In this document: piece by piece, positions 39,362 to 50,767 of the stretch | Position numbering within the stretch: the first letter of the stretch is position 1 | Layout of the letters: each line of letters starts with the position of its first letter | Source: Nanobdellota archaeon | GTDB taxonomy: Archaea > Nanobdellota > Nanobdellia > Woesearchaeales > UBA583 | NCBI GenBank assembly: GCA_022565615.1 | Contig: JAIUMM010000003.1 | Span: 1,012 to 65,011, forward strand | DNA length: 64,000 nucleotides | Direction of reading: 5' to 3' | The notes under the pieces: generated by a model | The model's database searches: none | Seen by the model: only the letters and a program-made list of their open reading frames with translations | Told to the model about the DNA's origin: nothing | Position numbers and translations under genes: made by a program

Positions 39362-40552
39362 ATGGAAGATAATAGAACTTTTAAATCCTCTAAACAAGAA
39401 TATCTCTCAAACATAAAAAAAGAATTTTATAATCAACTCAAAACATACAAAGAAGAATTTAAACCAACTAAAGAACTCACAACACATTCAACCATTCCTC
39501 TTCTTACAAGCAAAACATATCCTCAAATTTCTACATTTCAAGTTACTAATTTAAGTGTTGAAAATACTCAATTTAATCAAAATGAATTTGTCAAAAAAGA
39601 TTATTCACATATTTTAAAACATAAAGCTCGATCAATTGTTGCAACATCAAGTCCAATTCATAAAACTCATACAAAAGAACAACTACACACTCAACTTACA
39701 ACTATCTACTCTTCTAAAAAAGCAGTTGAGAGTGAGCATATTTTTGAAACTGAACTAAAAATTGGTAAAGTCTTAAGTTCAAAAACAGCAGGATTACTTG
39801 GTAATTCAACTCCTCTTCTTCAAATTAATACATATGATAACATTTCAATTTCAAAACATTTAGAAAAACATCAACAAGGAGAAACTAAATCTAAAGATGC
39901 AATTATAGAGTTATATGAAAGAGGATTTAATGACACACAAATTAGAACACTCTTGAGTCTTGGAACATTTGGACTTGAAAAAAATAAACTTTTAGTTCCA
40001 ACTAAATGGTCAATTAGTGCGTGTGATAGTGTACTAGAACAATATCTATATTCAAAAATTATTAATTATAAGGTAGCAAACGAATACTTAGTATTTGAAC
40101 ATCTCGATAAAGGAAATCATTTTATTATGTGTTTTTTACCATATCAATTCTGCTCAGAAGTAATTGAAACATACAAAAACTCTCAAAATATTCAAATTAT
40201 TGAACAAGATTTTGTTTCTTTCTCAAATAAACTTTCAAAAAAAGAACCTGTATGTGCTGGGGGGTACTGGGCAACAAAACTTGCAATGCTTGAAAAAATG
40301 AATTCACTTAAAAAACAATATGCGTGTATTTCAATTAGAATTATTGAAAATTATGAAATTCCATTAGGAGTTATATTTGTACGAGAATGTGTAAGAGAAG
40401 CAGTAAATAAACAACCAATATTTAATACATTTTTAAAAGAAGAATTTGAAGAGTTTCTAAACAATAATTTTTCAAAACATTATACATTATATAAAAAATC
40501 TAAACTATTACAAGAAATATCTACTCTTAAACATCTCAATGAATGGATATAA
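39362..40552 (+). CDS. Nre-family (DUF650/DUF651-like) protein, tentative
   Basis: LVPTKWSISACDSVLEQ resembles the conserved VPTRWSITA.D core I remember from archaeal Nre proteins. The N-terminal ~180 aa is low complexity and has no zinc finger. Confidence 0.4.
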   Translation: MEDNRTFKSSKQEYLSNIKKEFYNQLKTYKEEFKPTKELTTHSTIPLLTSKTYPQISTFQVTNLSVENTQFNQNEFVKKDYSHILKHKARSIVATSSPIHKTHTKEQLHTQLTTIYSSKKAVESEHIFETELKIGKVLSSKTAGLLGNSTPLLQINTYDNISISKHLEKHQQGETKSKDAIIELYERGFNDTQIRTLLSLGTFGLEKNKLLVPTKWSISACDSVLEQYLYSKIINYKVANEYLVFEHLDKGNHFIMCFLPYQFCSEVIETYKNSQNIQIIEQDFVSFSNKLSKKEPVCAGGYWATKLAMLEKMNSLKKQYACISIRIIENYEIPLGVIFVRECVREAVNKQPIFNTFLKEEFEEFLNNNFSKHYTLYKKSKLLQEISTLKHLNEWI

Positions 40553-40591
40553 TAAAAAATTGATTAAAGAAAATTAAAAAAATATTATTAT

Positions 40592-41383
40592 TTATTCATT
40601 TCCATCAATAAAGTTTTTAACAATTCCAACAGGAATATACTTTAATAATGTAAAAGAAATTCTACTTGGCAATACTTCAATATTTTCATTTTGAAACTCT
40701 ATGAAAACATCAATTAAGTTTCTATCATCTTGAACCAATTCATTTAACAACAATCCAAAACTAATTGAATGTAAATCTAAGCCCTGTTCCAGTTCAATCT
40801 CATCAAGAGCTGATTCTAATAATGGCCTTGCCATCTCTTCTAATTCTTCCCCTAAGTCTAAACTCTCAAGTAATATTGAAGTAAGTTCTTCTTTGGGATT
40901 TGGTGAATCTAAAACAACTCTAATACTACTCACTGGAAGCCCAATATCATCAGAAGTCATCATCGAAATACTCTCATCTCCAAGCAATTCATTAATTGAA
41001 ATTGTTCGATTCTCAATAATATCAAATACGTTTGAATGAACTAATATAGTAAATATCTCTTCATTTGAATTTAAATTAGATTCGAACTCCTGTGAACTTA
41101 AAGTGTTAACCTCTGAAATTTCTAACTCCTCTTCTGCAGAAAATGGGAATGTAATTCCCGTATGAAATTCATCATTTAACATATAAACGACGTTTATTGT
41201 TGCATTCTCAGTTTGAGTTAAATCTTGCACATCTAAATAAACAAGTCCTGCTATTGCTACTAATGAGAGTAAAACAATAATTACAGATGTAATAATTGCA
41301 AAAATAATCTTTTTTATCATCTTAAAAACTAATATTATTAAGACAATTATTATTATGAAGTATAATATTAATCCTATATCCAT
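40592..41383 (-). CDS. membrane-anchored, strongly acidic extracytoplasmic protein, unknown function
   Basis: Two N-terminal TM helices followed by a Glu/Asp/Leu-rich domain; 263 aa. Confidence 0.4.
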   Translation of the reverse strand: MDIGLILYFIIIIVLIILVFKMIKKIIFAIITSVIIVLLSLVAIAGLVYLDVQDLTQTENATINVVYMLNDEFHTGITFPFSAEEELEISEVNTLSSQEFESNLNSNEEIFTILVHSNVFDIIENRTISINELLGDESISMMTSDDIGLPVSSIRVVLDSPNPKEELTSILLESLDLGEELEEMARPLLESALDEIELEQGLDLHSISFGLLLNELVQDDRNLIDVFIEFQNENIEVLPSRISFTLLKYIPVGIVKNFIDGNE

Positions 41384-41474
41384 AAATTTAAATATTACAT
41401 CAAAATTTATATATCTTTGTGATTACTAATTAAAATAACAATTAATAAGTTACCTCATTTTTAATCTTGAATTA

Positions 41475-41960
41475 CTATTTTTTAGATTTTTTAATTTTAC
41501 AAACTTGTAAATTCTTTAATAAATAAAAATTAACTATCAAAAGAATTATTATACTAATTAACTTCAACTCTAAGCCATCATAAGGAAAAAATGAAATCAT
41601 TGTTGCAAGACCTAAATAAGAAGCAATCGTAATTGAACATGCTGGACATCCTGCAACTAATACTCCCAACATTGAACCAAAACTTCCAATACCACTTTGA
41701 GTAACTGAAGAATTTGAAAAATAATACAATTTAAATACACTCAAAACTACAAACAAAGAAAATAATACAGAAATTAATATTTGAAAAGTCCACATTATAT
41801 TATAATAAAATACTCCATAATTAACTTTTATGAGTTCATCTGCAGTTTGAGTTGTAAAAAAATAAATAATTCCAATATTTAATAAAATAAAAAATAGTGT
41901 ATACTTCCAATTAAAAAATACTAATTTGAAGTTTAAAAAAATACTCTTTAAAAAAATCAT
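41475..41960 (-). CDS. small polytopic membrane protein with intramembrane CPAC motif
   Basis: 161 aa, about 4-5 TM. LGVLVAGCPACSITIASYLGLA places a CxxC inside a predicted helix. It lies directly downstream of the DsbA-like gene on the same strand. Confidence 0.45.
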   Translation of the reverse strand: MIFLKSIFLNFKLVFFNWKYTLFFILLNIGIIYFFTTQTADELIKVNYGVFYYNIMWTFQILISVLFSLFVVLSVFKLYYFSNSSVTQSGIGSFGSMLGVLVAGCPACSITIASYLGLATMISFFPYDGLELKLISIIILLIVNFYLLKNLQVCKIKKSKK

Positions 41961-41980
41961 ATTTAATTTGAAGTTTAAAA
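41922..41980 (-). repeat. 42-nt tandem duplication spanning the start codon of the CPAC membrane protein gene
   Basis: The 17-nt perfect repeat TAATTTGAAGTTTAAAA occurs at 41922-41938 and 41964-41980. On the minus strand this reads IFLKVLNFKLN-M-IFLKSIFLNFKLV. Confidence 0.6.
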
Positions 41981-42074
41981 CTTTTAAAAATATATGTAAC
42001 TCACTTTTGTTAATTAATAGAAATTCATAATTAAAAATATATTAATTAATAAAATATATTAATTAATATTATTT

Positions 42075-42962
42075 TTATGCAGTAATAATTTGACACTCAT
42101 TCACATAAAATGGTGTTCCTGCAAGTTCTAATTGAATAGCTTGTTCAAATGTTGAAATAGGACATGCTCCTACAATTAATTTGTCATTAATTACAACACT
42201 AGGTGTTCCTGTAACACCTACACTTTGAGCTTCTTGAAAGTCTTGTTGAACTAATTCTTGTGCTCTTGGTGATGCCATACAATCATCATAATTAGCCTCA
42301 TTAGCACCAAGTTCAACTGCCCAATTTTTTAAATTTGAAAGAGATGTAATTCCTGCTCTATTATTTGCATGTTCTTCAAATATTTTATCATGAAATTCAT
42401 AAAACATATCTGTTCCTTCTTCTAAATATACACAAGCACTAGCTAAGGCTGGATTTTCTCCTCCCACAACTGGAAAGTGTTTGTATACAAAATTTGCAGT
42501 TCCATCATCAACATATCGCATTAATTGAGGATATGTTTGTGAAAAAAATCTCTCACAAAAAGGACAACCAAAATCACTATACTCTACAAGAGTAATTGAA
42601 GCATCTAAATTTCCTTTAACAGGTCTATTTTCAAGACTTGGTCTTTGGACTGTTGGAAAATTATCTGGAGTTAACTCCTGAGGAGTTCCCGCTTCATATT
42701 CAGGAATATTATTTTTAAAAAAATTATCTAATCTTGTAACTTTCTCATTAATTTCATTAAGTTGAGAACCTTCTGATGTTGTCTGATGAGATGACATTGT
42801 TAATAGAACAACAATTAATAATATAATGACAACTGCTAATAATCCTATGATTGTTAATAATAACACGTTAGAATTACTCGAATTTGATTCATTATCTCTT
42901 GATGAATAATCCTTTGGTGAGACTTCATCTGAATTTACCTTTCTTACTTTAGTTTTAACCAT
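42075..42962 (-). CDS. membrane-anchored DsbA-family thiol:disulfide oxidoreductase
   Basis: N-terminal TM anchor, then a thioredoxin fold with YSDFGCPFCERF (CPFC active site) and the cis-Pro region GVTGTPSVVIN. Confidence 0.75.
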   Translation of the reverse strand: MVKTKVRKVNSDEVSPKDYSSRDNESNSSNSNVLLLTIIGLLAVVIILLIVVLLTMSSHQTTSEGSQLNEINEKVTRLDNFFKNNIPEYEAGTPQELTPDNFPTVQRPSLENRPVKGNLDASITLVEYSDFGCPFCERFFSQTYPQLMRYVDDGTANFVYKHFPVVGGENPALASACVYLEEGTDMFYEFHDKIFEEHANNRAGITSLSNLKNWAVELGANEANYDDCMASPRAQELVQQDFQEAQSVGVTGTPSVVINDKLIVGACPISTFEQAIQLELAGTPFYVNECQIITA

Positions 42963-43117
42963 GTAGTAATTTATATAAATTATGTAAGCATTTTAAAAGT
43001 AACTATTCACTAATAATAAAAACACTAGAATTATATAACTGTAATAAATTTGTAAAATAAATTTTTTTGTTAAATACAGTTCGAACGAACTTTGGTTAGA
43101 CGATTTATCTTCATTTC

Positions 43118-45944
<2,827 letters not shown>

Positions 45945-46069
45945 GAAATGAATTTTTTATTAGGAAGAAAAAACTTTGTTGTTTTCTTTTATCGTCTAAC
46001 CATCATTAAAAGTCACAAGTGACTTTTTCCGTTCTTCGTAAGTAATGTTAATTACTCACTGCATTAAAG

Positions 46070-46143
46070 TGGACCCGCCGGGATTTGAACCCGGGGCCCC
46101 CGCCTTGCAAGGGCGGTGCTCTACCGGACTGAGCTACAGGCCC
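46070..46143 (-). tRNA. tRNA-Ala (anticodon TGC), co-oriented directly upstream of 23S
   Basis: The reverse complement is GGGCCTGTAGCTCAGTCCGGTAGAGCACCGCCCTTGCAAGGCGGGGGCCCCGGGTTCAAATCCCGGCGGGTCCA. G3:U70 identity pair is present; anticodon loop CTTGCAA. Confidence 0.9.
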
Positions 46144-46200
46144 ATACCATGTTCGCACCACCACTTGTGGCTGGCGATAGTATAGAAGAACATAATTCCC

Positions 46201-46208
46201 TTTATAAA
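46201..46208 (-). promoter_or_regulatory. candidate TATA box for the tRNA-Ala/23S transcription unit
   Basis: Palindromic TTTATAAA about 58 nt upstream of the tRNA-Ala 5' end, in the divergent region shared with tRNA-Arg(CCT). Confidence 0.35.
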
Positions 46209-46353
46209 GATTTTCCCCTAGTGACTTCTTGCTCACATACACATTTAAAAACAAACCTAGATTTTTTTTAAAGTAGAGAAGTAATAAGAACAAATAACTC
46301 CTCAAAATTTTATTTTCCTCTCCCCAACATACTACAATTAACATCATTTAATT

Positions 46354-46428
46354 GATCCTGTGGTCTAGTCTGGATATGATGATAGCCTCCTAAGCTGTAG
46401 ATCGCGAGTTCGAATCTCGCCAGGATCG
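46354..46428 (+). tRNA. tRNA-Arg (anticodon CCT)
   Basis: Acceptor GATCCTG/CAGGATC, the same D arm as tRNA-Arg(TCT), anticodon loop CTCCTAA, T arm GCGAG-TTCGAAT-CTCGC. Confidence 0.85.
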
Positions 46429-46504
46429 TTAGAAAATAAGAGATGAGGACGAAGTTCCTTAGGTGTAAGAACGACTTGAGTGGAACTCAACAAAGTGTCT
46501 CTCA

Positions 46505-46524
46505 CGAATCTCGCCAGGATCGTT
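46505..46524 (+). repeat. perfect 20-nt echo of the tRNA-Arg(CCT) 3' end
   Basis: CGAATCTCGCCAGGATCGTT at 46411-46430 (T loop to 2 nt past the tRNA end) recurs at 46505-46524. Confidence 0.85.
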
Positions 46525-46573
46525 TTTTCCTAAAAATAAAAAATATAATTCTTTGAAATAATACTCTTTACAA

Positions 46574-47356
46574 TTATAGTAAATATACAAACATATCTTC
46601 ATTTGAATGCTCTTCACTATATATATGACCTTTTGTATGCCTAAACTTTTTCAAATCATCTTTAGAAATAGAATTAAAACCAACTACATATCTAATAAAC
46701 TCACCTTTTAACTCCTTTGAGGCATGACCTTCTAATTTATAGAAATCACCAGATTTTTTAGCAAAAATAATCTCCAATCTATTCACATTACCCTCTTTAC
46801 TAACAATTTCTCTATGAGAATTAGGCAATACATCCAAAACCAATTTATCCCTACACACATATTCAAAATATCCTCTCAACTCTTTTTGCCAAAATTTAGC
46901 AAGAGTTGAATCAAATAATCTCATAGAAACCTTACACTTATAATTTGGAATCAAATCTAAAGGTTTTAATAAACCAAATAAACCATCAAGAATAATTACT
47001 GACTCCTCAAAATTTCTTTTCTCAATATCTTTTAAAGAACTATATTCAATTGCATTATACATAACACCTGACATCCTCTCAATAGCTGACATACACTCCT
47101 CATCTTTTAAAGCAGTCATTGTTGAAATTGCACTCTTCAAATTATCACCCTTCAAATCAAAAAAAACAGATAATTCCTCCTCACCATAATCCCTAATTAT
47201 TCTCCTAATCTCATCAACAATCAAATCTCTTTGAGGTTGAAGCTTAATAAAATAATTATTTTTTTTCAAATTAGAAACAAATCTATACGCTAAATCAACA
47301 TCCCCTCCTTCAATTTTCCCCTCCGAATTTGGAATTAATATCATATAATTTACCAT
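46574..47356 (-). CDS. yaaA: YaaA-family (DUF328, peroxide-stress) protein
   Basis: N-terminus MILIPNSEGK and ILDGLFGLLKPLDLIPNYKCKV fit the DUF328 pattern (ilSglyGllrp.D.i.pYR). This family is typically bacterial. Confidence 0.65.
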   Translation of the reverse strand: MVNYMILIPNSEGKIEGGDVDLAYRFVSNLKKNNYFIKLQPQRDLIVDEIRRIIRDYGEEELSVFFDLKGDNLKSAISTMTALKDEECMSAIERMSGVMYNAIEYSSLKDIEKRNFEESVIILDGLFGLLKPLDLIPNYKCKVSMRLFDSTLAKFWQKELRGYFEYVCRDKLVLDVLPNSHREIVSKEGNVNRLEIIFAKKSGDFYKLEGHASKELKGEFIRYVVGFNSISKDDLKKFRHTKGHIYSEEHSNEDMFVYLL

Positions 47357-47404
47357 AATTACATTATAAATTTAATATTTATAAATATATGGAATCCTCA
47401 AAAC

Positions 47405-47421
47405 TTTAACTTCACAAAAAT
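47405..47421 (-). repeat. 17-nt perfect echo of the aIF2-alpha 3' coding end
   Basis: TTTAACTTCACAAAAAT at 47459-47475 (encodes FCEVK at the C-terminus) recurs at 47405-47421. This is 54 nt (18 codons) downstream, in the same frame. Confidence 0.65.
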
Positions 47422-47452
47422 AATTTTGAATATTAAATAATTTAAATAATAA

Positions 47453-48226
47453 TTAAATTTTAACTTCACAAAAATTAGATTTAGAACTATTCTCAAGTTC
47501 TTGCTTAAAAATTTTATAAATAAAATCAGCACTCTTCATATCCTCATGAGTAATTTTAACTTCAAAATCTCCAGCCCCTAAATAAATAACATTAATTTTA
47601 TCATAATTAGTCTTTTCAACAGCATTTTTAATTACTGATCTCACCCTAATTACACCATCCTCCTTAATAGAAGTTAATTCAAATTTTCTTTTTAATGTCT
47701 CTTCCTCAGGTTTAATTCTATCATTTACTAATTGAAGAAATACTTCCTTCTCCTCTTTACTAAGTTTAGAAAATACTTCAATTTTAGAATTATCAATCAT
47801 AATAGCATATAACATTTCAAACACCAAATCAAATTCCTCAAAAATTTCTTCATATGTTTTCTCAAACAAATCATCTTTAGAAATCTCTAATTTTTGAGCA
47901 ATCTCCTCATACATTCTATCAGCAAAGTCTTCCTTTTTAATTTGCTCTTGTTTTCTCTTTCTAGCTTGTAAATTAACTCTTCTCAAAGAAACATCTATCC
48001 TATTTTGTTTTTCATCAACCCTTAAAATTTTACAAATAATATTTTTCTCCTCAACTACATGATCTCTTAAATTTCTAATCCTACCTGGAGCCACTTCAGA
48101 AATAGTCAAAACTCCCTCTTTTTCATATTCTGGAAGTTTTACAAAAACTGAATTACCATAAATTTTAGAAACCACACACAACACATCTTCATTTACTTCT
48201 GGAAAACCATCTTTAACATATAACAT
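47453..48226 (-). CDS. eif2a: translation initiation factor aIF2 subunit alpha
   Basis: N-terminal S1 domain (PEVNEDVLCVV...GVLTISEVAPGRIRNLRDHV...IDVSLRRV) plus helical and alpha-beta domains; 257 aa. Confidence 0.9.
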   Translation of the reverse strand: MLYVKDGFPEVNEDVLCVVSKIYGNSVFVKLPEYEKEGVLTISEVAPGRIRNLRDHVVEEKNIICKILRVDEKQNRIDVSLRRVNLQARKRKQEQIKKEDFADRMYEEIAQKLEISKDDLFEKTYEEIFEEFDLVFEMLYAIMIDNSKIEVFSKLSKEEKEVFLQLVNDRIKPEEETLKRKFELTSIKEDGVIRVRSVIKNAVEKTNYDKINVIYLGAGDFEVKITHEDMKSADFIYKIFKQELENSSKSNFCEVKI

Positions 48227-48324
48227 ATAAATAAAGTAAAAAGTTGTTCTTTAAAAATATATCTCTTGAAAATGTTTTAATTAAAATACTCCTAATTTCT
48301 ATATTACACATCATTCATTATTAC

Positions 48325-49863
48325 TCACTTACTAAAAAAAGAATTCAAACTCTCAACTACATCTGCTGAACTCCTCTTTTTATCAATAATCATTTGTGAA
48401 TCTTTAAATAACTCCCTCAATAATTCTTGCCTCATCTCCAAATCCTTAGAATGAACAAATTCACCTTTAAATTCTAAAATATCAAAAATTCTAATTCCAA
48501 GAACAATATTAGATTTCAAATTATGAGATTTAGTCATAATTCTCTTAGATAACTCTTGAAACTCAACTTGAGCAAACGAATATTTATCAAAACCCACACA
48601 CTCACAATCTAATACACAAGAAATTTGTGAAAAATTAGCCCTCATAAATGAAATAACCTCTAAAAATTGTGAGGTTAAATTTTCTAAATTTCTTGAAAAT
48701 AACTTCACATCTCCAAAATTATTTTGAATAATTAGTCTCAAACCATCATATTTATAATCACAAAATAAAGGAAATTCTAATTTAGAACCCACCTCCTCAA
48801 AAGAGTACATTCTAGGTCCCAACATCACTTTTACAGGTTTATTAAAAATAATGGGAGGATTAAATAAATTCAATATATTTTCTTGTAATTTAGCAAAAGA
48901 TATCTCATAAGACACATTAAACGCATACAATGAATCAAATAAACTTTTAAATTCATTATAAAGCAATCTTTGAGTTGCCCCTTTTGTATCCAAATCCCTA
49001 ATAACAACTTTACTAAAAGGAAATTTTAATTTTTTTTTAGAACATACTTCAAATATATAATTACTACAATAAAAATTATAATCCTCAAATATTTTAGAAT
49101 TCATGTCCAAATTAGAATCCATTTGTAAATTTAGGTCATTAGCAATATCTACAAACTCAAATTCAACATATCTAGAAAAACCTAAATTCACAAATTTCTC
49201 CTTTACAAGTTTATAATTTCCACTTTCATAAATTTTTAAATAACTCTCTAAAATATCTTCATTAATTATAAATCTCCCAAGATTTTCTTCAAATCTATAA
49301 AAATTTTCAATTTTAGGAAAATAAGTGAAAACAAATGCATCATGAATCAATCCCTCATTTACTCCAATTTTAAGTAAATCTGATAAATAAGCTACAAGTA
49401 TTTGCCTCTCATGTAACCTTTTAGTTAATGAAAATAAAAACAATAATTTATTTTTCTTATACAAATTTGAATTTTTTCCAGAAATTAATGAAATCTCTTT
49501 TAAAGTAGTAGTTAAAATCTCAATTGTTAAACTACCATTTTGCGATAAACTTTCATTATTAAAATTAAATTCTAATTCTCCAACAGTTTGAAAAATGTCC
49601 CCTGATTTGTAAAATAAATCCTCTATTTGACTTCTTGAAACTAAATAATATGAAGATAAAACTTCAAAAACTGATTTAATTGAGATTCCCAATTCTTTTT
49701 TAGATATCTCTCTTGCAAAATTACCACTTAATAAATCACACACTAGCATAGAATCAGCATACGAAAATAAACTCAAATAATCACTTAAAATTTGTGTTTT
49801 TAACAACTTTTTTGAATTATTTTTCAAATTAAAACACAACTCACAAAAAAAATCAAACTCCAT
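48325..49863 (-). CDS. lig: ATP-dependent DNA ligase homologue lacking the end of the adenylation domain and the OB domain
   Basis: Motif I CDYKYDGLR, motif III LDCECVGF and the IRIFDIL region are present. The ORF stops about 47 aa later, before the EGLM.K / K.K motifs and the OB fold. The ORF-track start is TTG at 49905; the first ATG is at 49863. Confidence 0.65.
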   Translation of the reverse strand: MEFDFFCELCFNLKNNSKKLLKTQILSDYLSLFSYADSMLVCDLLSGNFAREISKKELGISIKSVFEVLSSYYLVSRSQIEDLFYKSGDIFQTVGELEFNFNNESLSQNGSLTIEILTTTLKEISLISGKNSNLYKKNKLLFLFSLTKRLHERQILVAYLSDLLKIGVNEGLIHDAFVFTYFPKIENFYRFEENLGRFIINEDILESYLKIYESGNYKLVKEKFVNLGFSRYVEFEFVDIANDLNLQMDSNLDMNSKIFEDYNFYCSNYIFEVCSKKKLKFPFSKVVIRDLDTKGATQRLLYNEFKSLFDSLYAFNVSYEISFAKLQENILNLFNPPIIFNKPVKVMLGPRMYSFEEVGSKLEFPLFCDYKYDGLRLIIQNNFGDVKLFSRNLENLTSQFLEVISFMRANFSQISCVLDCECVGFDKYSFAQVEFQELSKRIMTKSHNLKSNIVLGIRIFDILEFKGEFVHSKDLEMRQELLRELFKDSQMIIDKKRSSADVVESLNSFFSK

Positions 49864-50048
49864 AATAACTCTAAGAACATATAATTTATAAGTATATCCT
49901 CTCAAAAAATATAAATCAATAATATAAATCTATTTTACCAAATTAATTTCCAATTCCACAATTTTTATCTTCTAAATCAATAAAAAACAACAATAAGAAA
50001 CAATATTTAAGTTAAATTTAAATAGTTATTTTAATATATACCTAGTAT

Positions 50049-50699
50049 ATGGAAGTTAGTATAATTATATTTGTAAGTCTTTTCATAATACTAATCGCTC
50101 TTTTTACTCTCTCCCAATCTCCTTACTTTATCATGCTTGTTAGAAAAAAATTTGGATATTCAAAAATAGTTTATGATATCAAAGAACAAGTCAAAGGTAA
50201 AATTGATGCAGAAGGTTATTTCTCACAAAATCAAGAGATTTTAACCCCAAATGCATTTAAAAATTTAAGAATGAGTGATCAAAAAAAATATACTAAATGT
50301 TACAATATTTTAAAATTTAAAACTGAAAATTCTAATTGGGAACTTTTCTTTTATATTGTTAAAGATGGATTTTCATACAGTGAAATTTTGACCATAAGAG
50401 CATTTCCACAATATAAAATTATCACTCAAGAAGCAAGCATTGAAAGAGTTAATGGACACATCTCAATATTTTCAAGTAGTAGATTTTTATCAGAAATTTT
50501 AGAAGAAAAAAGCACAATTAGTGCATTTGAATGGATTATTCGAACAAACACCGATTCATTTTTAATTCAAAATAATAATTTAGCATTCAAAATTTTCTGT
50601 AATGATAAAACTATTCAACAAAAAAAAATTCTAGACTATATCAAAGTAATAAATCATATTAAAAATAAAGTTTTTAAAAATGATAACTTAAGATTGTAA
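50049..50699 (+). CDS. N-terminally anchored hypothetical protein (216 aa)
   Basis: One N-terminal TM helix. No family recognised. Confidence 0.4.
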   Translation: MEVSIIIFVSLFIILIALFTLSQSPYFIMLVRKKFGYSKIVYDIKEQVKGKIDAEGYFSQNQEILTPNAFKNLRMSDQKKYTKCYNILKFKTENSNWELFFYIVKDGFSYSEILTIRAFPQYKIITQEASIERVNGHISIFSSSRFLSEILEEKSTISAFEWIIRTNTDSFLIQNNNLAFKIFCNDKTIQQKKILDYIKVINHIKNKVFKNDNLRL

Positions 50700-50767
50700 A
50701 TTAATAATTTATAAATTTTAGCATCTACAAAGGAAAATATAATAAAGGGTTAAAAATTAATAATTTT

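Noticed and set aside
42963-43117. A 5S rRNA gene downstream of the 23S
   Set aside because: The 150 nt after the 23S trailer is AT-rich, with no 5S-like GC-rich helices. No 5S-like sequence was noticed anywhere in the window.
46431-46504. A C/D-box sRNA in the spacer between the tRNA-Arg(CCU) 3' end and its echo
   Set aside because: There is only a weak C-box-like AGAUGAGG, and no D box (CUGA) or terminal stem in the right arrangement.
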